Assembly: GCA_963693365.1 (NCBI GenBank)
Contig: CAVNZM010000003.1
Location: forward strand, 14,739,143-14,803,142
Length of the DNA: 64,000 nucleotides
Source: Amoebidium appalachense
Taxonomy: Eukaryota > Protista > Ichthyosporea
Direction: 5' to 3'
Part shown: one piece after another, positions 12,924 through 27,821 of the stretch
How positions within the stretch are numbered: position 1 is the first letter of the stretch
How the letters are laid out: each line of letters opens with the position of its first letter
Position numbers and translations under genes: made by a program
Notes under the pieces: generated by a model
What the model was told of the DNA's origin: nothing
What the model saw: only the letters and a program-made list of their open reading frames with translations
Database searches by the model: none

Positions 12924-15221
12924 TCATAAACTAAGACTTGCGCTTATTCCTACGTCACCGTTTGGGCCAAACTGAAAAAAACGGAACCTGAATGTGTTTT
13001 TATAGGTGCAGGTAAACGAAGCAGAAGTACATACATTGCATGATCCCTGTTCAATCAACAATGCTGATAGGAAATGCTCAAGAATGACGTGGCATCCTGC
13101 TATTTATTTGAAGCCACCCTTACGTTATTCAAAAGAAAAAGATTTTTCTTGATGCTAAATATAATTATTAGAATATTAAACATAATATGTGAAAATATTT
13201 TTTACTCTTCAATTCAAAGTTGCCTGGCGAGTTCTACGTATGATGATGATGTAACCATATTCCACCAATCACAATTCATCTAGAATCGGGTCCAAGACCG
13301 CACTAAGGTAACTTTTCATTGGCTCCCACATGAAAATGCCCCAAAAAGTCGGCCAAGGGCCTTCATAAAAAGATACATCTTTACGTCTATGTTATATTAT
13401 ATGGGGGGTTTTGTTTTATCAAGAAAAAACGTTTTTGCATTAAATTTTCAAGGCCAGAACCTTGGTGACATTTGATTATTTGTTCTCATAAGAAGAGTTC
13501 ATTTCATAAGGCTGTCTCTGTCCAAGAGCCAGGCGTGTTGTGTACCTGACTATTATCCAATAAGAATGTGGTTAGGTCATTGCATCGATCTAAGACAGAA
13601 GTTTTTGGCCTGGGCCCAACCCAGTCCAACCGTCCGCTGCCAGTTGTTGCCTTTACAGATGCCTTTACGTTGAAGGTTGCACCCCCTGTTCTGTTAGGCA
13701 AATAACGGTTCATTGAGTATGATGCAGTAGATGAAGCCTAAACACTTAACAATGAATAAATGCATTAAATTGCTAACCGGAAGCATGGGTTGCTGCGAGT
13801 GTGCGAACCCAACTGGGCAAGCAATGGGCTACGTATGTGCCTGTTTCCCACTCAAACTCGCAAACTCAACCCTTATACCCAAGTGCAAGTGAGAGATTAT
13901 CGTGTGGGGCATTTATTCTAAATGAATTTGGCATAATTGAAGAAACAGTCGAGCCTGCGAGCTTTCCACTTACTGTAAAAGCGTGAGTAGGCTGTGCTTG
14001 ATGCCGTAGGCTATGGCATACTACTAAGGGGGGATCTCGTTTGGGGCTTTTTCCTTTGATTGCGGGTGGGTTCTTCCCCTGTTACATTATTCACGTGTCA
14101 GATAACCTGTTTACAGCTACAGGATCCTGTGTGCCTTCTCTCTTTTTCTCTTCCGAGTGATCTTGACGTTGGTTTTTTGGCCCATCTGCTCAGCACTTCC
14201 CTTCCGGACCACTTTTCGTTTGTTTCTCAAGGCATCACATAAGCCCATCAAGCAACCCACCATATGATTCCTTTTGTCCTGCATTGCCTTTCATCCAATA
14301 TGCATGTGAGTGTCTGAGTGCGTGTCTCTGTTGTCACATTCATAATGTGACCTGTGTGCACTGCCCCTCACCCACCCCACCCATTTAATCCCCATACCTC
14401 CCTCTCCCCCCCCCCCCCCCCCCTCCCCCTTCCCCCTCTCTCCACACACGTGCGCGCGCACACACACACACACACACAGACAGACACACACAAACACACA
14501 CACACACACAGACACACACAGACACAAACACAATACGACCACCACGGTCACCTTGCCCGCGACTCCTCCCTCACGTTTGCAAATATAACCCGAAGCCAGC
14601 TTCTCTCACTCTAACTACCTTTTCTTTCAGAAAATTTCTTGCCATCCACATCTCTGCCACTTGCCGAAGATCATTTACAAACTTGCCTAGTGCTTTTCGC
14701 AGTTGTTGCTGTTGTGCACTTTAAAGGAATTTTCCGTGGAGGGGTTTGCGTAACAAGTTGCTTCATTATGTTGTCTTTCTTGCTGATTTTTGGCTCCATT
14801 CTATTATCACAATCCCCCCCCATTCTATTATCACAATCCCCGCCCCCCCCCCCCCCCCCCCCCCCCCTCCCCCCCCCCCCCCCCGGCCCCTCGCCCCCTC
14901 CCCCCTTCTTTTTGCGGTACAAGCACACTCACAAGTGACAAGAACAAGCTTCAAATGCTACAAACACACACACTCGCACACACACTGTAGGCAAGTGTGT
15001 GCACACGGATAGATACCCCCTGACACATCCCATCACACAGTACATATAAACACGTACGTGCATACACACACATGCGCGCGTGCTCGGGGTAGTTACGTGG
15101 AAGTACGCGCAAGGTCTTTTTTCTGCCGGCGCAGAGGGATACACTGTAGATCCTTACATATTCAAACAGACAAAACACCAACCGCAATCCCACACATTTT
15201 CGGGTTTAGGTTACGACTTTT

Positions 15222-15281
<60 letters not shown>

Positions 15282-15759
15282 TTTTTTTTTTTTTTTTTTT
15301 TTTTATGTGGTGGGGGTGGGGGTGGTGTTTTTTTTTTTTTTTTTTTTTTTGTTTTTTTTTGTTTTTTTTGTTGGGGAGGGGGGGGGGGGGGGGGGAGGAA
15401 TGGGCTTTTATTTATTAATTTTTTATTTATTTATTATTATTTTTTGTATGCCTTTTTTTATTGGGGTGTGTGGGGGGGGGGGGGGGGGACGGATGGCCTC
15501 TCTCTCTCTCTCTCTCTCTAGATCTCTCTCTCTCTCCCTCCCTCCCTCCCTCCCTCCCTCCCTCTCTCCCTACCCCTCTCTCCCTCCCTCTCTCTCTCTC
15601 TCTCTCTCCCCCCCCCCCCCCCCCCCCCGTGTGTGTGTGTGTGTGTGTGCGCGCGCTCGCACGTCCCCCCCCCCCCCACACACACACACACTCTCTCTCT
15701 CTGTCTGTCTCTCTCTCTCTCCCTTTCTCTCTCTCTCTCTCTCTCTCGGGTCAACCTCT

Positions 15760-15861
<102 letters not shown>

Positions 15862-16199
15862 CTGTCTTTCTGTCTCTGGGACTCTCTCTCTCTCTCTCAC
15901 CCTCGCTCTCTCTTCCCCTCTCCCCCCTTGCACTGTCCCCTCCTCACTTCATACCTCCCTCCCTTCCTACCTCCCCCCCCCCCCCCCCCCCCCTCCCCCG
16001 CCCCACTCCTTTACCGTGCCAAAAAAAAAAAAAAAGAAAGAAAGAAAGAAAGAAAAAAAAAGAAAAGAAATGTGAACTGGAGAGAGAAAGGTGTGTTTGT
16101 GTGTGTGTGTGTGTGTTTGTGTAGTGGTGGTGGGGGGGGGGGGGGGGGGGGGCATCTTTCTCTCTCCCTGTCTTTTTTTTCTTTCTTTCTTTGTTTTTT

Positions 16200-16234
<35 letters not shown>

Positions 16235-16250
16235 TGGGAGAGAGAGGGGG

Positions 16251-16285
<35 letters not shown>

Positions 16286-17066
16286 TGCTGGTGTGGTGGT
16301 GAGCTGCTTGGTAGGGTAAGTATGCAAAAAGGCAAGACCGTGCAAGCAGGTATGTGCAGCATCGCACACAATTCCGCGCTGTGTGGGTGTGGACCCGTGT
16401 GTGCGTGCGTGTGTGTATGGTGTAAGTGTGTGTGCTTGTGAGTGTGTGGTTGTGTAAGTACGTGTGCTTGTGAATGTGTGGTTGTATGAGTGTTCAGGCA
16501 TTATGTAATTTACATGTGTCTGCTTGTGTGTTTATAAAGTTTCTGTTAGAGTTTCCCACCTGGTGTACTGCACGCTTTTAATGCTTGTTTTTCTTGTGTG
16601 GGAATTTCCGTGGAGAGGGGGGGGGGGGGTTCACCGTGTGTGTGTATGTGTGTGGGTGTGGTTGCACGTGTGTGACTGTTGTGGGTGTGTTTGTGTTTTG
16701 TGTTAGGATTTGGTAGGAGAGAAAGGCTCTTTGATTTTTTTTATTTTATTTTCAAAGTATTTTTTGGCAGGGAAATATTACCGGAGGTAGCTCGGAAGGT
16801 GTTTAAAATTTACCAGGAGCACACTGACGAATAACAATGCATGAGTTCAGAGAACATATTGAAAGCCATACGGTATGCATAGTTAGCAAAGCCCGTCCTC
16901 ACCGAGGGGCCCAAAGTTAATCAGAGGGAAACAATAAATACGGGCCCGGTGCCCTGATTCTGAGGTTGTGTGTGGGCATTTGCAGGCATGCATGTTCAGT
17001 TGTGTGTCACCGAGAACATTCGAGATGGTGTGTGTGATATATGATCTATGTATGGTGGCGAGGGGG

Positions 17067-17111
<45 letters not shown>

Positions 17112-18230
17112 TGTGTGTTCTGTGGGGCTCGTCTAGATGAACGTGCATGCTCATGTAATTAAATTTGTTTTTGTTTTTTTTGCTTGTGCGAGGCTTGGGC
17201 TGGTGTGCTTGTGCTTCTGTTTATGTGTGTGTGTGTTTGTATGTTTGTCACGGTGTGTGTTCCCGTGGTTGTGCTTGTGCTTGTGTGTGTGTGTGGGTGT
17301 GTATGTGTGCGAGCGTGTGCAATTTGTTTGTGCACGCGTGTTTGTTCAAGCGCCGATAGTGTGTGTGCTTGTATGTGTGTACGCACGTGTGTATGTATAT
17401 ATGAGTATGACACCCAATCACACCAAATCAAGTGATACATCGCTGATGCAAATAATTTCTTTTATTCATCAACTCTTAACACTAAAACCAGAAATTTGGC
17501 GCCATTGGTTGTGCTCCACACAAGCTGGCAACAGGATCATAAAAAAGTCGTCAAAATTTCAACAGGCGCAAAATGGAACCCCCCGAAATTTGAAACGGGA
17601 AGGGAACTTTTGATGTGCACTACTACACACTGATATTAAACTGTAGTAAAGCCTTTACCATTCAAAGTAAAGTCAGACATGTTATTTCAAAATACAGTCA
17701 GACATGTCACTTGAGCGAATACTTACTTACAAGCCCAAGAAAAGAAAGAAAGGCAAAGAAAAAAAAACCGGAAATCAAAGCAGTTGGGTGCATACCAAGG
17801 TAAACTATTGGTAGCAGCGATACAAAAGAGCCAATTGAGAATTTAGGATGTAACTTATCAAAATGTTACACAAAACGGGAAAAGGATGGAAAAACGGAAA
17901 ATATTTACAGAAGATATTTACAACCCCCGTTTTGTTCCTAAAATTATTGAAGTACAGTCCACACTCCGTCTTGGATATGTACAAACACCGCACAGGGTGA
18001 CTGTCGAATTGCAATATGGCATTTTGCTACGGGAATGTGTGTGTTTTGAATCGGTTTTGTCCCTTTTCATCTTCTTTCTCTCTTTCTTCTTTTTCTGTCT
18101 TTTTTTAAAAACTTTCCTTTTTTTTTTTCTCTTTTCCCTTTCACTTCTTTTTTCTTTCTTTTTTTTCTTTTCTTTTTCTTTTCTTTTTTTTTTGAGTTTG
18201 TGTGCGTGTATGTGTGTGTTTGGTCTGATC

Positions 18231-18531
18231 TCACACACCACTCATGCACGAGACGGCAGGGGAAGCAGGCACCAGCTTTGAGAGGTTGATGACGTCATCA
18301 CTGTTCCACATGACGTCACACCCACTAAGGGCCGGGGGGGCAGACAGGGCCAAGACGGCAATGGAGTGGCCCGGCTGGTCGGCACGGAGGAGCTGGCCCT
18401 GTGGAATTTTAAAGTTAGTATTTGTGCGTGCGTGTGTGTGTGTGTGTGTGTCGGTCTGTTTATCTGTGTCCGTGCGTAAAGTTGCCGAGGTGGGGAATGG
18501 GGGAGGGGAGTGGGAGAGAGAGTGTGTGTAT

Positions 18532-18624
<93 letters not shown>

Positions 18625-18824
18625 GCGGGCCAGGGCAGGGATTGGGGGGGAGGGGGGGGGGGTTGTTGAGCAGTCACATGATATCAACGTAAGTGCGCGC
18701 AACCCGGAACCGTTTGCACGTACACGCTAGGCAGACGCAGTCGCACACTCATACGCACACACACGCACACGCGCGTGCACACGCACGCGCACACACACAC
18801 ACACAACACACACACACACACACA

Positions 18825-18856
<32 letters not shown>

Positions 18857-19702
18857 GTAACACGCACTTTGCGGTAGAGGTCCCAAAACAACTCCTTGTC
18901 AAGTCCAAGAACGTCGTCTCCGGCATTCCTCACTTTAGTCTGCAGTGCAGTGTCCACGACCCCCGGATAGACTACCAATGACGTCACCAATGGCTCCTCC
19001 TTGGCCAGGCAGAGGGTTAACATGTTGACCATGGCCTTGGCACAGCAGTAGGCAGATGACCCGAGCATCGGGAGCTTGGCGGCACGAGAGCTGTTTAAAG
19101 GGTTTTATTTTATTGTTAGTTTTTAATGTTTTTATTGTGGTAGGTTTGACTTTATATCATGAACGTAAATATGTTGGTTTCTGAGGTTGGTAGGGTGGTG
19201 AAGGTGTTGAGTGAACAGGAAAAGAGGTTTGTGTGGAATGAAGAGATAAAGGGAGGATACGGGTGGGGGAGAGGTTAGAAAGGGAAAGGCTGTAGGTTCG
19301 AAGCGAGAAAGCCGAAAAGAGAAAGGAAAGCTGAGAGTTCAGCAACGGCCATGGGGGCTTGTAGAGAAGTGATGGTGTAGAAGGGGAGAAGTGAAGGGTG
19401 AGTGAAAGTGAAAGGGGGGACGTTGGTGGGGATGGCAAGGGGAGGGCAGAGGGGGAGTGGCATTTAGGTATGATTTTTACTCTACTCCGGGGGGAGGGGG
19501 TTGAGGGGGGAGGGGGGAGGGGGGAATAGTATGCGACGGTGTGGATGTAGATGTGAGCAGAAGCAGAAAGCAAAAGGGGGATATGATGGGCGGGAGGGGC
19601 AGGGGGGAGAGGGGGGAAGGTTGGCGTAGGGGGCGAATCGGAACTCCCGGCAAAATCAATGTGTGTGTAATGGGCGGGGGGGGGAGGGGGGGGGGGGGGG
19701 GG

Positions 19703-19780
<78 letters not shown>

Positions 19781-19984
19781 AAATGTGCATGCACGTGTCC
19801 GTGAACGGTGCAATTTTGGGTTTGTGTGCATGTCTGTGTGTGCATGTTTCTCCGCTTTGTGGTTGTGCTCGTGTGTGTGTCGGTGTGTGTCGGTGTGTAG
19901 GTGTGCAAAAACCGATGCAAGACTGTCAATGTATCTCTCTTTCACCTTCGGTTTGTGTGCAAGGGATTTGTGTTTAGGGGGGGA

Positions 19985-20031
<47 letters not shown>

Positions 20032-20068
20032 CGCTCGCGTATGTTTGTGTGTGTGTGTGTGTGTGTGC

Positions 20069-20139
<71 letters not shown>

Positions 20140-21730
20140 GGGGGGAGGGGGAGCGGGGGAGGGGGGGGGATTGTACTCTTACCTAACATTGATAATTCTC
20201 CCCTTGGTGCTACGCAGATAGGGCAGTGCATGGTGGGCCAGAGTCATTGCCCCCACAGCATTCACCTCAATGTGGCGTTTCCATAGCAACGGTGATGCGT
20301 CAACCAATCGCGCGATCGGATCTCCGAGCGCGGCGTTGTTGACCAATCCGTCGACGCGGCCAAATTCACTGATTGCACGTGCAACAAGCGCCATGCATGT
20401 GGATTCCTCGGCAATGTCTCCAATCATGTGGACAAGGCGGGGGGCCGATTTGTCTAGGGGTCTGCAAGGGAAAATGGGTTTAGTCCTTTGGGGTTTACAC
20501 ACTTTTTGATATTTGTATTTTGGATATTAGGTTTTTAGATCTCCTCGTATACTAATGCCACAAGCGTAGAGTAAGAGGAGGAGACAGAGGTATATAACGG
20601 GTGTGTACACCAGCCAGCAATAGCGTATTTCTAACTAAAGTTTTATATTGGGTCACAGTGTTTGTGTAAATTATGTGCCACACACGGTGTTTGTAAGAGT
20701 TGCAGGTGAGAGTTGTGTGTCTCGTGGTGTGTATGCTTTTGTGCATGTGAGTATTGCTAACACCACTGAAACGTGGCAGGTTCAGTCTGAAGGCTGATAG
20801 AATGGGCTCACGGGGGCTGATATCCATTAAAAAAGGCTAGCAGTAATATAGGATAAGAACCATTGAACAAAATAGTAAAAGCAGGGAAGGAAAAAGGATG
20901 GGCATAAAAAATAAAAAATAAAAAAATAAAAAAAAATAAAAAAAAAGAGCAGAACCCCACCATGATGCATGCATGTGTGAATGCGCGATGGTGTAGATTT
21001 GGCAAGTTCAATTGAAAATATGCCAAGGTGTTATGCACGTTTAACCCTGTTGCAATGTGTGTGGTTCACGAATCAGCATTACCGGTGTGTGTCACAGCTT
21101 GCATGGGCACTAGTTGCTAACTAAACACTAGGAAAACTAAGGCACCAGAATGGGTTGATGCTATTGCTGTGTTTACACTCGGAATCTAAAATAAAAATAA
21201 AAATTTTAACAGCTCTTAGAATAAAAACCAAGACCCTTCAAGTGGCAATGTGAGTGGAACTGCCCAACTAAACGCTGTTGACGCCGTACAGGTCTGTGTA
21301 GCTTTGTGTGTATGCAATAGTCTAGCCCAGCAGCTTTCTTCTATTTTGTGTGTGTGCAGTGCATGCTTATTTGGTGTTCGTTCGCAGAGCACCCTAAGAA
21401 CTTTTGTCCATGCATTACTTTTGCCAGTGACGTTTGCCAGGCAGTTCCCAAGCCTTTCATCTAAGACTTAAACGCATGTGTCCAGAGTGTCTCCACAAGT
21501 GCAAACATAATAGTATGATGGAAAAACATGACTCACCTCTGCATGTCTTCCAAGTCTAGAGGCAGGAGAGAGCGACTGATGCCTACAACATGGGCCCCCA
21601 TGGAGAGAAGGGAACGTGTGACGGCTTCGCCTATTCCCTTCGAAATTCCCGTCACAATAACAACTGGGCGTGAAGTCGTCATGTTGTCCTCGTGGAAAGG
21701 GGCGGCGGATACAGCAGAATGAGGTGCCAT
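18231..21730 (-). CDS. Short-chain dehydrogenase/reductase (sepiapterin/benzil reductase-like), 4 exons, about 287 aa
   Basis: Exons 21730 (or 21682)-21537, 20461-20183, 19090-18868 and 18398-18231, all GT-AG and in phase. Motifs: [33 protein letters not shown]. Confidence 0.95.
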
Positions 21731-22262
21731 TTTTTGTGAAGGAGTAAAAGAAGATTTGTGGAGCTAGAAGGGGTGTTGGTTCCAGTGATCGTGGTGTCTT
21801 TGGGCTAGGCTACTCAATGGCTCTGTGTCCAGATAGGATTACTAACCTTGTGGTAACACAGACTTGGTTGTTTATATGGACTATAGTGTTCACAATTATC
21901 ATTCACCGTTTAGTGTGTATAGGGGTTTTGAGGTCCTGCTTACTGCCCACAGTAGACGTAACGTAGCTTTTCACCTAGGATGCCTGTTATGTTTCCACTG
22001 CGTGAAAAAGAGGTGCATGCAAACATCACTACTTCAAAGTGTTGTATTGCTTTTGTCGAAGCTTACAACACACAGTTGCTACACATTTGTGTCGTTTGTG
22101 TGTGAAAAATGCTCGTTTTGAAGGCCAGAGCAAAGACGTTTCGTGTCTGTCTACGTCACGCTTCGAGTGGATCAAGGCGTGTTTATCCGGTTCCATAATC
22201 TTCTGCGGTATGCAAAAGCACGTATTTAGAGAGTTACGATTGGAGCAAAAGCGCAAGCTTTT

Positions 22263-22325
22263 GATTGGTGGACCTAAATGTAAACTCTGTGATTGGTTTG
22301 TTTTCGGTGCTTGCTGCTGATTGGC
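22263..22325. promoter_or_regulatory. Cluster of three CCAAT boxes, candidate SDR promoter
   Basis: GATTGG three times at about 28-bp spacing, roughly 0.55 kb upstream of the SDR ATG. Confidence 0.45.
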
Positions 22326-23447
22326 TGTCTTTGTTTATCAAGGATCTATCTCCAGCAAACGTTCGTCAGTCTACAGTTCTACAGTTCGTGGCCGTGGTGC
22401 GGGCCAACACAACACATGCGCACTTACTACCACACAAACTAATCATAGAGGGAAAAAATAGCACAAACTTTCTTTATGGGGTTGAATGACTACCAACCCC
22501 GCGCAGGTAAACATAGGCAGCGCCTTAGGACCGTGATCCATGGGCTATCGCGGGTTTGCGCGCCAAAACACAGTCGACGTCATATGTGGTGGGGCCGAGC
22601 TCTCACTTGCGACGTCACAAGTGGATCTGTCCAACATAGTGACCTGCAATGACAGTGTGACGCAGAGCGTGGCACGCAGAGGGTACACAGACACACTGTG
22701 ACAGCGCCGGCCTCCCTCGCTGCGGGCTAGTTCGGGTTCGTGTGTGGGAGCTCTTGAGGAACCTCAGTTGACAAGGAGGTATGCTTGGCCATGGAAGTCA
22801 TGATCACTGTTAACTGTGTGGGCTCGAATGGATGCATGCCACGGGTTGTCGAGTATATATGTAAATTAATAGCATTGTCGGGGATTCTTGAATAAGGCCA
22901 GCACATGTTCACGTACTCGTGTATTTACGTTTGCATGCTAACTAAACTTGCATTGTGACCGCACAATAGTAATTACAGTAATAATAGTACTGTGGACTTC
23001 GACCACTTCTGCTGCTCCAAAGAGGATGAATGTTCTCGTATCAAGGTTTGTGTGTGTCTGTGACGTGCACTATGACACAGTGTGTGCGAGTGACGCAAGT
23101 AAGTAGTAGGGTCAAGATCCTTTATTGTGGGCAGGTGTAGACGTCACATCCTCGGAGTGGTATTGGTCCAATCACCCTCACTGCATCCAACATGCTCGGA
23201 GCTAGATCTGCGTGGTGGAAAAATGGCCTCCATAATAATACCCCTAGCACTGTTACGGGTCTTTTATGGGTATATGAAATGCATGGTGAAACGTTTGTTT
23301 GTTATGATCGTCTCACCACTCGTAGTTTTGTACAAACTTCAAAAAATTACGCAACTTCTACTTCACATCGTTTCGAGCTTCAACCTTCCCTCCGATTAGT
23401 AAATGTAACCACGATGAAGGCTTGTGTTGAGGCTGCAGTTGGAAGCA

Positions 23448-23990
23448 CCACGTTGACCACGGGGGCTCAAGATCTAGTTTGACGTCATTCACAATAAGGG
23501 GTGTGTATCTGCCCATGTCTGACGTGCACACCAAAAACGTTTAACGACCTTAATAAAAGCGCTGTTTACATGTAGACATGACAGTACAGTATTTGTGTGT
23601 GTGTGCCCCCCCCGCCGCGCCCCCCCCCCCCCCCCGCCCCCCCCCCCCCTCCCCTCTTCCCCCCACCCCCCCCTTCCCCGTCCCGTTGTGACCTCAATGT
23701 TCGAATATACTAGCGCCACGCTGACCACGGGGGCTCAAGATCTAGTTTGACGCCATTCACAATAAGGGCATAAGTGTGTTGTCCAATAAAGTGGGTGTGG
23801 GTTAACCGTCCAGTGAGTTAGACCCTTGAAAAATTTTCCGTGCCTCCCAACTCTTTTGGCAAAAGAATTCCACCTCGTAGGTGCACCACGAAAGTATAAT
23901 AAACCAGGAAGGACGTGTGCGCTAATTAGAATAATCTTACACGCCTATGTGTGTGTAGACATGTCTGCCTAATAATTGGGTGTGCTCCCT

Positions 23991-24024
<34 letters not shown>

Positions 24025-24660
24025 TAGTGGGCATGCATGAACCGTAACGGTCACCCGTGTGGGTTGACCACGGGGGCTCAAGATCTATTTTGACGTCATT
24101 CACAATAAGAGTATGGGTGTGTTGCCCAATCAAAGTAGTCCGTGTAGGTTAACTATCCAATGTGTTAGACCCCTGGAACATTTTTCTGTACCTCCCATTT
24201 TTCTCGGCATGCGACGTGCACGTACACGAAAGAGTGGTACAGTAGAAACAAGAGGACATTAAACTGCCATATGAAATTATGTGCGTCTGTTACAGTACAC
24301 ATATGCCTGTCTATGTGTGTGCGTTTCCAATCCCTCCCCTTCCCCCCCCCCCTCTCCCCCTCCCTTCGATTCCCCTTCCTCCTTTTTTCAGATCAAAACC
24401 TGTTGCATTTGAACGTAACGTTAGCGGTTTCCACGTTGACCACGGGGGCTCAAGATCTAGTTTGACGTCATTCACAATAAGGGCATGGGTGTGTTGTCCA
24501 ATAAAGTGGGTGTGGATTAAGCCACCAATGGGTGGAACACTAGGCACATTTTTCCGTGTCCTCCCACTTCTCTCGACCAATGACTGGCATGACGTACACC
24601 AAAACAGACTGTACACTTAACAACGATAAGAATAGTTTGTGTGTGTGTACACATGTCTGT
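23448..24660. repeat. Four-copy tandem repeat (units about 270-370 bp) with a conserved core of about 50 bp
   Basis: Core G(T/C)TGACCACGGGGGCTCAAGATCTA(G/T)TTTGACG(T/C)CATTCACAATAAG in copies starting near 23448, 23716, 24063 and 24431. Flanks are more diverged and units are separated by C-rich tracts. Confidence 0.92.
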
Positions 24661-24676
24661 CTCATGGTGTGCATCT

Positions 24677-24711
<35 letters not shown>

Positions 24712-25314
24712 AAAAACTTCCATCCCCTTCTCCCGTCACGGGCCGGCAAAGCCCCAAGGGGCAAATGGCAGAGCCGGCCGTCTCCTGCTGAGAAATCACT
24801 GTTAATACTGCCTTTGAGGCATCCCCTCCCCCTTCCCCCCCCCCTCCCCCCCCCCCCTCCCTTCTCTCTCCTTCCCCCCTCCCTCCTCCCCTCCCCCCAC
24901 CCCCCCTCCCGACAAACACATCCATACATGAATACTACCCCTTTCTCCTAATGCCCTCCACGAAAGTATCCCAGTCCGTTTCCGCGTCCAGGACGTGTAC
25001 ATTCCCTCGCACGCGAGCCGGCGTATTATTTAATATGACATGAATGCGAGGATGGGGTGAAATTTCAAAGCTTTGTGTCAGTGACACCACCTCCTACCCA
25101 CCCCACCACACCCTCGACGGCCCAACCACGATTGACTTTCTTTCTAAATAATTACAAACGAAGCATTTATGTGGAGGAGAGAGGGGAGGGTTTTGGTGGA
25201 AATACGGGGGCGGGGGGGGGGGGGGGGGGGGGGGGGGAGTGATAAGATAGAGGAAGAGCGAGAGAGAGAGAGAGAGACAGAGTGAGGGAGAGGGAGAGGG
25301 GGGGGGGGGAGGGG

Positions 25315-25438
<124 letters not shown>

Positions 25439-25752
25439 GGGTGTGTGTGTTTGTCAGAGGGAGAGAGAGGATCTCAGGGAAGAGAAAGGGAGTACATGGG
25501 GGAGAGAGAGGAAAGAGTGTATGTGTGCGTGTTTGCGCTAGGCTGGGGGGAGCGGGGTGGGGGGTGGGTGATGGAGGATGGGGGGGGGGGGGGGGGGGGG
25601 AGGGGGTGCACGGAAAGAAAAGGAACCAAGGGCTTAATCATTATCATCAGCACCTGCCTGAAGTTTAGGGTTACAGTAGAAAGCCAGGCTTTTAAAATGA
25701 GTAATAATCAACCCCAACCAAACCACAGATCCGAAACACCTTGGCATAATAG

Positions 25753-25775
25753 CACGGCCCTTTCAGAGGGCCGTG
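25753..25775. mobile_element. 23-bp hairpin flanked by a 7-bp direct repeat (transposon footprint or micro-element)
   Basis: ATAATAG|CACGGCCCT-TTCAG-AGGGCCGTG|ATAATAG. Confidence 0.65.
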
Positions 25776-26413
25776 ATAATAGCTTAGACTAGTGTCGCAC
25801 ATGTAATACTACTTTGATTTGGTGTAACTTAAACCTCTCAGAAAAGCAACGCATGGGGCCTGTAATCCGCTGTGAGGGGGGCCTATGCACCAAAAAAAAA
25901 AAAAAAAAAAAATCTTGAAAAAATTTATTATCAAATTCAACAAAGTTACCTGCATAGTCCCCCCCCCCCTTCCGCCCCTCCACACACACACACCCCTCAC
26001 CTAAGGCCCTTTGGAACACCGCAACGCTACCGAAGTTGCAGGGTGTTACTATGTTACTAAAAATAGAAAGATAAAAACAATTTTCTCAAGACGGTCGTGG
26101 CCTCCCTTCCCGTCCCCCCCCCCTCTACGTATTTTGTCCATCTGCAGCTGCAACATCTTTTGTTCATTACGTGGAGGTGGGGGAAGCCTTGAGAAAAACG
26201 GGGGGAGGGCGGGAGAAGGGGCGGGGGGGGGGGGGGGGGGGGTGAGGGGGGGGGTGGGTGTGAGGGGGAGGGGGGGAGAAGGTAAGCTTCGTATCAGATA
26301 TGAAGCTAGAGCACAGGAAGACCACTGCAGGTTGGTTGTGATCAGTTGGGAATATTTGCGAGGTTGTGGTGGAGGGTGGGTGTCAAGTGCACGGGAGGGG
26401 GGTGGGTTTGAGT

Positions 26414-26444
<31 letters not shown>

Positions 26445-26517
26445 GGGGGGTTTGGAGGGATGCGGGGGGTGGGGGGTAGGGGGGTGCAGGGGTGGGTTTG
26501 TGTGTGTGTGTGTATGT

Positions 26518-26605
<88 letters not shown>

Positions 26606-26723
26606 GCTGTGGGTGTGTGTGGGTGCATGTGCGTCTCGTGCGCGTGTGTGAATGCGTAGCTGTGCATGTGTATATGTGTCCTTTCTTTTTGCGCCGTGTG
26701 CGTGTTTGTGCGCGCTCTTGTGC

Positions 26724-26814
<91 letters not shown>

Positions 26815-27010
26815 CTGTGCACGCATAAAGTCACATATGCACGCTAAATCATTACAATGCAAAATTACAAATTACAACCATTACACTCATTACATTACAA
26901 TCATTACTAATTGTCATACGTGCTCATTCAATCCAATTGCTTGCGCACAGTGTAGCTGCAGGATGAGGATAGTGACATCCACGTTGCCCGCGAAACCAGC
27001 CCGCCTCCCC

Positions 27011-27041
<31 letters not shown>

Positions 27042-27290
27042 CTCTTCCCCCCGGCTCTCCCCCCCCCCCCCCCCTCCCCCCTCCCCCCCCCCCCCCCCCC
27101 CTTTCCGGATGAATACAGAAAGAAAGAAGTGAAAAGAAAGCTACACAGGGAGTTGTAGTGGAAAGCAACTTATCAGCATTATTATCAGAACCTCCCCCCC
27201 CCCCCCCCCCTCCTCCCCTCGCCCCCCCCCGCACATACACTCACACATATACTCCGTAACACACACACACACGCGTGCGCGCGCGCGCGT

Positions 27291-27376
<86 letters not shown>

Positions 27377-27631
27377 TACACACACACTCTGTACACACAC
27401 ACACACACGCAAACGCACGCACGCACACACACACGCACACACACACACGCACAAACACATTCATCTCAACCCATACTAGCTTCAAACCAGTCACCAAATA
27501 TAGTCGGGCCGGTTGCCATGTATACCCGTCGGTTAGATGTTGATGGCGTACGTGTCACGTCGCCACATGTTGGAAACTGTGGTCTCTCCACCCAGAAAAA
27601 TAACACAAAGAACACATTTTTGACCGAAATC

Positions 27632-27682
<51 letters not shown>

Positions 27683-27702
27683 AAAAAAAAAAAAACCCGG
27701 GA

Positions 27703-27769
27703 ATCTAGATGGGTACTGTGCGATGCACACTTTGACTCCATAATTTCTACCACTAGATTACTGTCGAAT

Positions 27770-27821
<52 letters not shown>

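Noticed and set aside
23460-23480. In-frame TGA as selenocysteine in the putative - strand gene
   Set aside because: The exon chain is unproven, there is no redox-motif context and no SECIS was recognised.
23448-24483. CRISPR-like array
   Set aside because: Eukaryotic context, spacers are 200-300 bp and homologous to each other, and there are no cas genes.
24737-24782. GC-rich hairpin resembling the CACGGCC elements
   Set aside because: The termini are imperfect and there is no convincing flanking duplication.
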